Virus record (IMG/VR): IMGVR_UViG_3300025466_000023 | Coordinates: 17,519 to 81,518 of that record | Reading direction: 5' to 3' (one strand) | DNA: 64,000 nucleotides | Origin: a virus | In this document: in pieces, positions 36,894 to 45,499 of the stretch | How positions within the stretch are numbered: the stretch's first letter is position 1 | How the letters are laid out: each line of letters starts with the position of its first letter | Notes under the pieces: generated by a model | What the model saw: only the letters and a program-made list of their open reading frames with translations | The model's database searches: none | Told to the model about the DNA's origin: nothing | Made by a program: the position numbers and the translations under genes

Positions 36894-37760
36894 ATGGCCA
36901 AGGCAAAACCCTCGCTAGTTTCTAGTTTACTAGAGTTCGATCAAGAAGCTATCCGTGCCAACGAAATGGCTGTAGCACAGGAGTCAGACGAAGAGATCGT
37001 AGAGCGTCTCAGAGAACGTTTCCAGATCCTAACAGACATGACCCGCGCTGTTCGCAAAGGTGATGTACGTGCTATGATCGTATCAGGCCCCCCAGGAGTT
37101 GGTAAAAGCTTCGGAGTCGAAGAAGTACTGCAGAAGGACGGTATCTTCGATGTACTAGGTGAACGCAAGCCCAAGTATGAGATCGTCAAAGGCGCTATGA
37201 GTGCCATTGGACTTTACGCCAAACTCTACGAGTTCTCAGATGCTAACCACGTGCTAGTGTTCGATGACTGTGACTCAATCCTGATGGAAGATCTTAGCCT
37301 GAACATTCTCAAGGGCGCATTAGACAGCAGTAAGAAGCGTTTCATCTCATGGAACACTGACTCACGTTTACTACGTAGTGAAGGCATTCCAGATCGTTTC
37401 GAGTTCAAGGGTGCGGCTATCTTTATTACCAATATCAAGTTCGAGCACGTCAAGAGCAAGCGACTGAGAGATCACTTGGATGCATTGGAAAGCCGTTGCC
37501 ACTATATCGATCTGCAGATGGATACCACACGTGAGAAGATACTCAGGATCAAGCAGATCGTCAACGACGGCATGTTGGATGCACACGAGTTCGAAGAGCC
37601 AGAGATCGCCAAGGATGACATCGTCAAGTTCATCACAGACAACAAGGACAAGTTACGTGAGCTGAGCCTGCGCATGGTGCTCAAGCTAGCAGACTTGAAG
37701 AAGAGCTTTCCAGCCAACTGGACAGCTATGGCACGTACAACCTGCATGCGGAGAACATAA
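36894..37760 (+). CDS. AAA+ family ATPase
   Basis: Walker A GPPGVGKS, Walker B VLVFDDCD, IFITN, ALESR. Confidence 0.88.
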   Translation: MAKAKPSLVSSLLEFDQEAIRANEMAVAQESDEEIVERLRERFQILTDMTRAVRKGDVRAMIVSGPPGVGKSFGVEEVLQKDGIFDVLGERKPKYEIVKGAMSAIGLYAKLYEFSDANHVLVFDDCDSILMEDLSLNILKGALDSSKKRFISWNTDSRLLRSEGIPDRFEFKGAAIFITNIKFEHVKSKRLRDHLDALESRCHYIDLQMDTTREKILRIKQIVNDGMLDAHEFEEPEIAKDDIVKFITDNKDKLRELSLRMVLKLADLKKSFPANWTAMARTTCMRRT

Positions 37761-38053
37761 TGGCACGCTCGGATGCAGACTACATCACGCTCAAGGCCCT
37801 AGGCTGTCATTGGCTAGGCCCTGAGTACGATAGCCGTAGGCACATGGGCCCTACACCCTACTGTGGATGCAAGACTCTAGTGCCAGGCACGCTCTACTGC
37901 ACAGAGCATTACCCGCAGATGTATCAAAAGGGTAGCGCACTACGCAAGCGCCACAAGGACATACGCAGGGCAGAAGCTGTATGGGACATCGAAAGCCTAT
38001 TCCATGAAGCTGTAGCCGAGCTGGAAGCAGAAGGTGAAAACATCCTAGATTGA
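37760..38053 (+). CDS. Small Cys/His-containing protein
   Basis: C.W.G...YCG...YC.EH; TAATG overlap. Confidence 0.65.
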   Translation: MARSDADYITLKALGCHWLGPEYDSRRHMGPTPYCGCKTLVPGTLYCTEHYPQMYQKGSALRKRHKDIRRAEAVWDIESLFHEAVAELEAEGENILD

Positions 38054-38312
38054 CAGCTCAAAAGCATGCTTAGGAGGCCGGTGGTACTACCAGGGGGTGG
38101 CCGGTCATGTAAGCATGCTTTGTTGTTTTTGCGCAACAGCGCATGCCAAAAATACCCCACCAGTTAGATGGGATCACCAGGGGTTTGGTTCTCCAGGACC
38201 TGGATTTTTTGCACCCAATTTTTTTTACCACTAGCCTTGAAATCTTCAAATTAAAAAATTTGCGCAGAAAATTTTTATTGACTGCGCATGCGGTCTCTGT
38301 TATAATATAGCT

Positions 38313-38390
38313 ATGATCAATCCCTTACCCGAACGGCCCATTACACCCGAAGAGCTAGAAGCTTTTCTACAGTGGCTTATGAGTCATTAG
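38313..38390 (+). CDS. 25-aa peptide MINPLPERPITPEELEAFLQWLMSH, possibly leaderless
   Basis: ATG follows TATAAT after a 6-nt spacer; stop one base before the next start. Confidence 0.4.
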   Translation: MINPLPERPITPEELEAFLQWLMSH

Positions 38391-38391
38391 C

Positions 38392-38601
38392 GTGGATCAT
38401 CACACTATACTAGCTAGGATCATCGGTTGTTTACTCAGCTTACTAGATGCGGCCAATCTACGCAATCGTGCTTATCTAGCTGAACAGCGAGTAGCCACTC
38501 TAGAACTAGCCATAGAAGACATAGCTCGTATCAATAGTCGCAGTCCCACGCCCAATCCCTTGATCACTCAAATAGCTTCCCGCATACAATCTAGTAAATA
38601 A
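38392..38601 (+). CDS. Hypothetical protein
   Basis: GTG-start ORF in the co-oriented run. Confidence 0.55.
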   Translation: MDHHTILARIIGCLLSLLDAANLRNRAYLAEQRVATLELAIEDIARINSRSPTPNPLITQIASRIQSSK

Positions 38602-38605
38602 CTGC

Positions 38606-38791
38606 ATGTCTGCAGAATCACTAGTATCAAGACTCATGCAATACAGCCATCAGCTACATCCACAGTACTCGCGTGAACAGCACTGGGCTTGGATATCTAG
38701 TGTTCTTGCCAGTCTAGTACTAGAAAAGAATCATATGGACAACATAGTCTTAGCTAGGCTTAATGCTAGACTTGACAGCTTGTTGAGTTAA
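38606..38791 (+). CDS. Hypothetical protein
   Basis: TAAATA-N5-ATG. Confidence 0.6.
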   Translation: MSAESLVSRLMQYSHQLHPQYSREQHWAWISSVLASLVLEKNHMDNIVLARLNARLDSLLS

Positions 38792-38803
38792 ATTAGTTAA
38801 ATT

Positions 38804-39022
38804 ATGCTACAGTACTATATACTAACACTATCACCTAGAGCCAGAGAAGTCTTTGCTTGGATACATGATAACAGTATCACGTGTGAAGTGCATCTCAATC
38901 GCACACGTTTTTGGCTCGATCCTGATACCAAGCTATACACAGAGTTTGCCATTCGTTTTGCTGACTCTTGTCCTGAAGTTTTAGAATCTCCAGATGACTA
39001 CGGTTTAGGCCATTATCCCTAG
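38804..39022 (+). CDS. Hypothetical protein
   Basis: EVHLNRTRFW...TEFAIRF. Confidence 0.65.
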   Translation: MLQYYILTLSPRAREVFAWIHDNSITCEVHLNRTRFWLDPDTKLYTEFAIRFADSCPEVLESPDDYGLGHYP

Positions 39023-39027
39023 CGTTT

Positions 39028-39315
39028 TTGTTATTGATTTTAAATATCTATACTGTGCGCACTAGATATCTACCTGATCTACACCCATTTGAACACATAG
39101 CTTCAGCACCATGGCCCTTGTCGCGGGATCAGGCACAGCAGTTGGATTGGGTCAACAGCGTTACTATACTAGAAGCTTGGCTGACTCAGTATGTGGGCGC
39201 ACACTACTCACATTGGGCCTATCACAATGCTGGTTGGGGACTACAACCAGGATACTGTAGCATAGCATTCCGTCGAGCACCAGATCGTACCTTGTTCCTA
39301 CTGCGCTGGACATAA
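39028..39315 (+). CDS. Hypothetical protein (true start perhaps GTG 39055)
   Basis: Ends TLFLLRWT. Confidence 0.6.
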   Translation: MLLILNIYTVRTRYLPDLHPFEHIASAPWPLSRDQAQQLDWVNSVTILEAWLTQYVGAHYSHWAYHNAGWGLQPGYCSIAFRRAPDRTLFLLRWT

Positions 39316-39323
39316 GTACCTGC

Positions 39324-39500
39324 ATGGAAACACATGCTCGCACACTTGCTCGTACTATCTTATACAGAATCGTTGCACTATTGATCACTGCCATTTGGAC
39401 TGGATTGAGTGACGCTGTGATAATTCACCTTATACTGACTGCTGTACACTATCTTATGGAGAGACTATGGATCAAGATCACTTGGGGCAGGACTGGGTAG
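39324..39500 (+). CDS. DUF2061-like small membrane protein, 58 aa
   Basis: METHARTLARTILYRI...HYLMERLWIKITWG; TAAGTA-N5-ATG; not in the ORF track. Confidence 0.7.
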   Translation: METHARTLARTILYRIVALLITAIWTGLSDAVIIHLILTAVHYLMERLWIKITWGRTG

Positions 39501-39722
39501 AACCCGCACCAGAGCCCCTGACAGGCCGCGAGTGGCTGTTCTACTGTGTGGCATTCTTTGTCTTGTTCTTGGAGTTCCGTTATATGTGGACGTGGTGTCA
39601 ATGGTTTACCAATTGTCCCAAAACCTAGTGATCTGTTCTGATAAATCTTCGCTACAAAAAATTTTTTTACGACCGCTTCGCGGGGGTGCTTGTAAGGATG
39701 CCCGCTTGGTTTTACCAAATCT

Positions 39723-40298
39723 ATGACTCAAGTACACCTTATACCCGAACTAGTTGGTCCTGCTACTAGGATCTTATTATCCACTACACTGGACCTAGCT
39801 AGACTGTCACAGTATGCACAGGACGGCACGGACCCCTCTGATCACGAACGGTACAATCCCGGACGCATGGTCAACAGGTGTTGGGACTGCTATGGTCATC
39901 ATGTTACAGAAGCACTATTGAGTCTGTGGACGCCTTACTTTAGCAACATATGGAGTGTAGAGCTCGCGCCCACGTATTCCTATGCTCGTTATCATTGGCC
40001 AGGCGCAGAACTCAAAAGGCATGTGGATAGACCCAGCTGTGAGTATTCGGCAACAGTACTGCTAGCTTGTGAACCTGATCCTTGGCCCATTTATATGGCG
40101 GGTCAAGAGTATGTGTTGAATCCCGGGGATTGTATAACTTATAAGGGCGCAGAAGTTGAACATTGGCGTGAACCTTTTAGGGGCGAACGTTGCTTGATTG
40201 CCACTTTCCATTGGGTCGACAGCCGGGGCCCGTATGCACACGAACGTTGGGATGGCCGCACAGGCCTGGGTATGAAGCCAGTTAAATACAACAGATGA
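39723..40298 (+). CDS. 2OG-Fe(II) oxygenase
   Basis: TYSYARY..GAELKRHVDRPSCEYSAT...GDCITYKG.EVEHWREPF. Confidence 0.8.
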   Translation: MTQVHLIPELVGPATRILLSTTLDLARLSQYAQDGTDPSDHERYNPGRMVNRCWDCYGHHVTEALLSLWTPYFSNIWSVELAPTYSYARYHWPGAELKRHVDRPSCEYSATVLLACEPDPWPIYMAGQEYVLNPGDCITYKGAEVEHWREPFRGERCLIATFHWVDSRGPYAHERWDGRTGLGMKPVKYNR

Positions 40299-40516
40299 AA
40301 CGTTACCTAAACTTATTTTTTAGTCTTGCACCCGCACCCTTGTTCCTGCTGGGTGCTGTATGGAGTTGGTCAAATGGCGCCAGCATCTGCGGTGCAGTAT
40401 ATGAAATGCCCGTTATGTGGTTGGTCATGGCCTTTGCACACACTACACCCTGGCTAGCTTGGTGGAGTCAGCGAGATCTTCAAAAGTTCCAAACCCTGCC
40501 AGACAAACAGCAGTGA
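40295..40516 (+). CDS. Small membrane protein
   Basis: Two hydrophobic segments. Confidence 0.6.
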   Translation: MKRYLNLFFSLAPAPLFLLGAVWSWSNGASICGAVYEMPVMWLVMAFAHTTPWLAWWSQRDLQKFQTLPDKQQ

Positions 40517-40770
40517 TAATGCCCGTCTAGGGTATTAAGTATCAACCTATATACATCCCACAAGCGCCACGATTCTCGTTGATAAAATCCATCGGGCACA
40601 TAGCCAATATCATATGCTTTGACTGTGCCCTTGGGTCCTCTAATATAGACCCAACACTTGGGATTATCTGCCGGGCCCTCTACAGGCACCTGGCAGTAGT
40701 CTAGACCGTCAATAGTTTGCCATTCTAGATTAGAAGTAGAATCCATTGGGTCTGCGGAAGTAGGTTTCAC
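40480..40770 (-). CDS. Hypothetical protein (start perhaps 40746)
   Basis: Overlaps the end of the upstream GT-like gene. Confidence 0.5.
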   Translation of the reverse strand: MKPTSADPMDSTSNLEWQTIDGLDYCQVPVEGPADNPKCWVYIRGPKGTVKAYDIGYVPDGFYQRESWRLWDVYRLILNTLDGHYHCCLSGRVWNF

Positions 40771-41554
40771 AACCTTCTAGTGTGCAGTTGTCCTTGCGAT
40801 GATCACACCAAAAGTTAACACCCAAGCCCTGTGCTATGGCCATGCCCACTGATTGGTTGGCTATGTACAGCTCTGAACCCTGGATTACTTCTGCTAGTTC
40901 CAGTAGGTCAGCTGTTTTGTAGTGCTCTATCTTGAGTTGGAAATCTTTTTCAAAGTTGGCATGCTCTTCAGCTGTGCCCACGAACCAAGCACGATCGGCC
41001 CAGTTTTCCTGTTTGAATCTTTGCCATACAGGTGCTACTTGTCCGTTGCCATAGCGATCGGTTTTGCTGACTACGATTTTCTTACTGCCCAAATCACGCG
41101 GCTTTACATTGGTCAACCAAGGAGCTGTAATTTCGGGTTCCCATTGATCTGGATCCAAGCCCACAGCATGAGCATAGATACGACCATAGTGGCCCTTGTC
41201 ATAAACGTTGCCATAGAACCAGCAACAGATATTGTCTAGAGGATGTGTAATAGCTTCACCGTTATAGGGTGCCCATTTAGTAATATAGGGCTGTGCTTCG
41301 ATTAGGGGTGCTAGGAGATCAAAGTCCTTTTTGGTCATGCGTCCCGAGTGTGTGCCACCGTTGGGCCAACCAATGACGTCTCTGCACAAGGTGTCTAGGT
41401 TTTCTAGTCTTAGATAAAAATCACCACCACCTAGCAAGCGAATTGGGATCATTGAATATATGATGTCGCCAAAAGTCCATGTTTGGCTGAATGAAGGTTT
41501 CTCACCTGGTTTCCAAGGTGCGGGCGTATAAGGCCCTAAAGGCTGTAATTCCAT
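40730..41554 (-). CDS. Glycosyltransferase-like protein (GT9-related)
   Basis: FGDIIYS...GGG, FVGTAEEH, DLLELAEVIQGSELYIANQS..MAIAQGLG. Confidence 0.65.
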   Translation of the reverse strand: MELQPLGPYTPAPWKPGEKPSFSQTWTFGDIIYSMIPIRLLGGGDFYLRLENLDTLCRDVIGWPNGGTHSGRMTKKDFDLLAPLIEAQPYITKWAPYNGEAITHPLDNICCWFYGNVYDKGHYGRIYAHAVGLDPDQWEPEITAPWLTNVKPRDLGSKKIVVSKTDRYGNGQVAPVWQRFKQENWADRAWFVGTAEEHANFEKDFQLKIEHYKTADLLELAEVIQGSELYIANQSVGMAIAQGLGVNFWCDHRKDNCTLEGCETYFRRPNGFYF

Positions 41555-41584
41555 AATGTCCTCTAGTTAATTAAGTGCGTATAT

Positions 41585-42016
41585 TTACTCTGTGTACCAA
41601 CGCTGGCAACGTTGATATGAGCATAACACGTTATGAGAACCTGCGTCAACCAAACTGCAATCCCACCATACGTTAAAACAACCCAGGGCGGGTTCGTAAC
41701 GGCTGGCATCAAATCGAACATAGACCATTTGATCCACCATGGCATGACCTGCCCAATGATAACGGCGAAGCTGTAGTTCGTGTATGTCTTTGAAGTGAGC
41801 AAAGCTGATTAATTGTGGCCAAGTGGCCTGTAGTACTGCCATTTCAGTTACACCCTGTATGATCAACTTACCAGTGCGGCTATCACTTGGTAAATTTTTG
41901 CTGTTGATGGTTATACCTAATGATCCCAACACTTCCTCTGATAAGGGAAACGGATCGGATTGTATCAGCAGGTTAGCATTGTTATTAAAAGCTGAAATGA
42001 TAGTTGTAGTGAACAT
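41585..42016 (-). CDS. Hypothetical protein
   Basis: TAAATA-N5-ATG. Confidence 0.6.
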   Translation of the reverse strand: MFTTTIISAFNNNANLLIQSDPFPLSEEVLGSLGITINSKNLPSDSRTGKLIIQGVTEMAVLQATWPQLISFAHFKDIHELQLRRYHWAGHAMVDQMVYVRFDASRYEPALGCFNVWWDCSLVDAGSHNVLCSYQRCQRWYTE

Positions 42017-42052
42017 GTGTGTATTTAACTAAATATTGGGCGAGGACATATT

Positions 42053-42403
42053 ATGGAAAAACAATACACATTTGAATGGGTTATCGAACGTTTTGAACGT
42101 GCCGAAAAACTCAACGGTTTAGACAATGTAGTAACTAAGGCATTTTTTACTATCATTGGAAAAGACAATCTAGGTAACTCTGCACCCTTTTACGGTTATG
42201 TAGATATTCCCGAACCAAACCCTGCAGACTTTACTCCTTTTGAATCTATTACTCCTCAACAGGCATTGGCTTGGGTAGAAAACTGTTTGGATGAAGAAGC
42301 AATTACTACTATTACAGATCGATTGATAGTACAGCTAAATCAAGACGATATGATCAATCCCGGCAATAAGACCGTAGCAACACCCTGGTCTCATTCAGCT
42401 TAA
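42053..42403 (+). CDS. Phage protein, tail-fibre accessory-like
   Basis: DFTPFESIT.QQAL.WV...TPW pattern; GAGGA SD. Confidence 0.55.
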   Translation: MEKQYTFEWVIERFERAEKLNGLDNVVTKAFFTIIGKDNLGNSAPFYGYVDIPEPNPADFTPFESITPQQALAWVENCLDEEAITTITDRLIVQLNQDDMINPGNKTVATPWSHSA

Positions 42404-42510
42404 AACTGAACCGTTTAGGATCAAAAACAAGCAAAAATTGAACCTAAATGACGTCAAAAACTTCAAAAACGCCCCTGTAGAAATCTAGCTAGGTCTACGT
42501 ATACAAAGCA

Positions 42511-42536
42511 AAAAGCACTGACGAATCAGTGCTTTT
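42511..42536. terminator. Bidirectional intrinsic terminator
   Basis: AAAAGCACTGA-CGAA-TCAGTGCTTTT between convergent genes. Confidence 0.85.
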
Positions 42537-42581
42537 CTTTTGAGTGAAATCCGGGCTATGCCCTTCTGAGCCGCCTCGGAA

Positions 42582-42764
42582 TTACTGAGGTTTTGGTGCT
42601 TTTGGCATTGGGCTTGTATCCTTTGCAGGAACGGCTTTCTTAGGAGCCTTTTTGTGTACGTACTGTGGATGTGCTTTTTCTGGTGCTGGCTTAACTTTCT
42701 TGGCCGCAAACGCAGGACTTGCTACTAGTACAGCTGATAATAAAATTGCTGATAATTTTTTCAT
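42582..42764 (-). CDS. Secreted Lys/Pro/Ala-rich peptide
   Basis: MKK + hydrophobic + AFA signal peptide. Confidence 0.65.
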   Translation of the reverse strand: MKKLSAILLSAVLVASPAFAAKKVKPAPEKAHPQYVHKKAPKKAVPAKDTSPMPKAPKPQ

Positions 42765-42774
42765 ATTTTTTCCT

Positions 42775-43461
42775 TTATATGCTCAATCGTTTGTCATCAT
42801 AGTGACGGATTGCGCTCATTAGTTTATCAATATACCCAGAATTTCTTAGGGCTTTGAATGCAAGATTGCCCTCGTCATATTCCCCTCCTTTGGCAAGGCT
42901 TTTGACTCTAAACTTTTTAAGATCCATTCGAGTTTTACGGCACTTGCTCAAGCTACCTGTTTCGATAGCTTGATCAATTTTGGACTGCCAATGATCGGCC
43001 ATGGACTTGATTAGATCTTCGTCAAAATCTTGTTCGGGTTCTGGAGGTTCTTCTTTCCACCGATTGTGTAGCAGGCTATAAGAAGCACTAACGGTTTTAT
43101 CGCTAACGTCTTCTACATAACATTCTACATCAATTCCGTGTATGGTAATTTCGTGATCTTGATGCCAGATTGCTCGTTTGGTATTGAACAATTCTCTAGC
43201 ACCACCATCACAATCTACGTCTTTAAAATCTATTACTAGATGTAGATCTAAGTCCGAATCTGGACTGTAATTGTAATTTACTTGACTGCCCGTAATTAAA
43301 ATATCTACAAGTTTAGCAGGAACATTTAGGCTTTTATAAAACTCGCCCGCGATGCGCATTAGGGCTTTGTACACATCTTTATGTAAGCGATTGCCCTTCC
43401 ATAATTTAGGGTTAAGTCTAGAGTGTACTGCAACAGGTTGCTGAAATTCAAAGATGTTCAT
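42775..43461 (-). CDS. Pol-beta superfamily nucleotidyltransferase
   Basis: DILITGS.VNYNYS..SDLDLH...IDVECYVE. Confidence 0.75.
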   Translation of the reverse strand: MNIFEFQQPVAVHSRLNPKLWKGNRLHKDVYKALMRIAGEFYKSLNVPAKLVDILITGSQVNYNYSPDSDLDLHLVIDFKDVDCDGGARELFNTKRAIWHQDHEITIHGIDVECYVEDVSDKTVSASYSLLHNRWKEEPPEPEQDFDEDLIKSMADHWQSKIDQAIETGSLSKCRKTRMDLKKFRVKSLAKGGEYDEGNLAFKALRNSGYIDKLMSAIRHYDDKRLSI

Positions 43462-43490
43462 AGTATTGTATTTATGGGTTAAATATTAGT

Positions 43491-44075
43491 ATGAGCACAT
43501 TTAAAAGTTTAGCTGGGCAATTACTTATAGCCCAGCCCCGCAACAATATTGGACACTTCCAGAAATCCGCAATCATCCTAGCACAACATGGCCCTGCAGG
43601 AGCATGGGGTGTTGTTGTCAACAAAGAAGCACCCAACGTTAATATTAAAAATGTCATGAGCGCGGCCGGTATTGATTACCCCGAAAGGCTAATGACTATA
43701 CCAGGAAAGAATGGCCCTATATACATGGGCGGTCCTGTAGAACAAACAAGAGTTCACGTAGTACACACTATGGATTGGTTTGCTAGTTCTACTATACAAA
43801 TTACCGACCGTTTAGGCATCACAGGCGAGATGAGTGTGTTGGCCGCAATTAGCCAAGAAGAAGGTCCTGAAATGTGGCGAATTGGAGTAGGACTTGCGGC
43901 ATGGTCAGCAGGACAACTAGATGGAGAACAAAGTGGAATATTACCCTGGACTCCAGACCATCAATGGCTTACTACTCCAGCAACTGAAGATCTAGTATTA
44001 ACAGGCTCCGGCGATGAACAATGGCAACGCTGTATCGAAGCCTGTGTCAGCAACAAAGTCGCTGAACTGTTTTAA
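43491..44075 (+). CDS. YqgE/AlgH (DUF179) family protein
   Basis: LAGQLLIA.P, GAWGVVVNK, IYMGGPVE, G.AAWSAGQLDGE, WLTTPA. Confidence 0.85.
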   Translation: MSTFKSLAGQLLIAQPRNNIGHFQKSAIILAQHGPAGAWGVVVNKEAPNVNIKNVMSAAGIDYPERLMTIPGKNGPIYMGGPVEQTRVHVVHTMDWFASSTIQITDRLGITGEMSVLAAISQEEGPEMWRIGVGLAAWSAGQLDGEQSGILPWTPDHQWLTTPATEDLVLTGSGDEQWQRCIEACVSNKVAELF

Positions 44076-45499
44076 TCTTTCTCAGAATTCAATCCAGCCA
44101 AGATAGCATGGATTCCTGCTTGACCATTTTTGGTCTTGATCTTACTAACACTAACACCTTCGTTAGGATCTTTAATCTCCCCAGTTCCTTGATCAATAAC
44201 TGTTGAAGTTTTCTTTAGACTTTGATATATTGTCGCACCCTGTGGCTTGAAGGATCCTTCATCCTCATCGCCCAAGTCTTTAATCCTTAGAGTATCTACG
44301 TCAAATTCTAAGTCAACCTTTTGACCTACACCAGAACTGTTACGTGTCTTCATAAACTGGATTTGATAACGTCCACGTTCCTTCATAGCACGACTTGTAA
44401 AAATACCAATCACGTTATCAGCTGTTTGAATCTTAGATAAGCCGCCTGAAATATGACTGTGGTCAAACTCAATTTCTTCAACTGCTGAACGATTCAACTG
44501 TGATGCAGTACACACGATGGCTTGTGTTTCCATCGCCAAGTTACGCAGTTCTTCTGACACATATTTGTCTTTGACAAACAAGTCGCTTGGACTAACCTTG
44601 ACACTCATTGGCATCATAAGATCTAAATAGTCGATTAAAATTACGTCAGGAGCGTATCCTTTTTTGACCTGATATTCTTTCAAGTAGGCTCTAATGTCGT
44701 TTGCGTTCTTACCACTCGGCATATATTTGATTTGTACACTACCAGACTTCTTACCTAACATCTTGACCTTGAGTTCAACATCATCGAGACTCTTAAAAAT
44801 CTCACGTGTTGGAATGTCAGTAAGCATACTATCCATACGCATAGCCACTAAATTCTCTGCCAACTCAAATGTTAGATATAAAACATTTAAACCATTGACT
44901 GCCCAGTTACAACCTAAGTTTGCAAGGAATAATGATTTACCACCACCTGATGCCGCACACCAAATGTTCAATTCACCTCTGTTAAAACCACCATACAATT
45001 TCTTGTCAATCGATGGCCAACCTGTCGAAATTTGACCGTTTGAGTTCTTCAATGATTCTAGTCGCTGTCTTGGATCTTCAAAGTAGTTTGTACCCATATC
45101 CTTGTTCAAACTAATTTGTATCGCATCCTTAATCAGTTTTTCAACTGGAAAGTACTCTCCCTTTTCAAGTAAGTCAGCTGACTGCAAAATCGCTCTTTCT
45201 AGCCCCTTATGACGTGAAAAATTCTCAAATTCATTCATCAGCCATTCATAGTTTTCTTTGGGTAACACAGCCGGATTCAAGTCTGTTCCACAGCTGGCAT
45301 TGACGATCTGCGGCTCTGGCATTACCTTGTATTCATCTACATATTTTTTGATAAAACTTGCGGACTCCTGCAGTTTTCTGTCGAAATTTTCGGGGTCAAA
45401 TATGTTTGCACAACGCATAAATGTGTCTGCATCGCTCATAAACATTTCTATGTAAAGTTTTTGAACGTCGTGTGTATAGTTTGTAATTTGGTCAGCCAT
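44072..45499 (-). CDS. Replicative helicase (DnaB/T4 gp41-like)
   Basis: ISTGW..ID..LYGG, AASGGGKS, IDYLDL, TASQLNR, MKTR. Confidence 0.93.
   Translation of the reverse strand: MADQITNYTHDVQKLYIEMFMSDADTFMRCANIFDPENFDRKLQESASFIKKYVDEYKVMPEPQIVNASCGTDLNPAVLPKENYEWLMNEFENFSRHKGLERAILQSADLLEKGEYFPVEKLIKDAIQISLNKDMGTNYFEDPRQRLESLKNSNGQISTGWPSIDKKLYGGFNRGELNIWCAASGGGKSLFLANLGCNWAVNGLNVLYLTFELAENLVAMRMDSMLTDIPTREIFKSLDDVELKVKMLGKKSGSVQIKYMPSGKNANDIRAYLKEYQVKKGYAPDVILIDYLDLMMPMSVKVSPSDLFVKDKYVSEELRNLAMETQAIVCTASQLNRSAVEEIEFDHSHISGGLSKIQTADNVIGIFTSRAMKERGRYQIQFMKTRNSSGVGQKVDLEFDVDTLRIKDLGDEDEGSFKPQGATIYQSLKKTSTVIDQGTGEIKDPNEGVSVSKIKTKNGQAGIHAILAGLNSEKD

Larger units (their letters stand above)
26629..38306 (+). 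promoter_or_regulatory. Array of 17 near-consensus sigma70 early promoters
   Basis: TTGACA-N17-TATAAT/TATACT with -35 at 26629, 28708, 28970, 29125, 29521, 30243, 30531, 31654, 32508, 33765 (TACAAT), 34235, 34616, 34984, 35349, 35876, 36835, 38278 (TTGACT). Confidence 0.92.

Noticed and set aside
39449-39726. Track ORFs 39449-39718(-) and 39532-39726(+)
   Set aside because: No start signals or motifs; the stretch looks intergenic and carries the hairpin/A-tract element.
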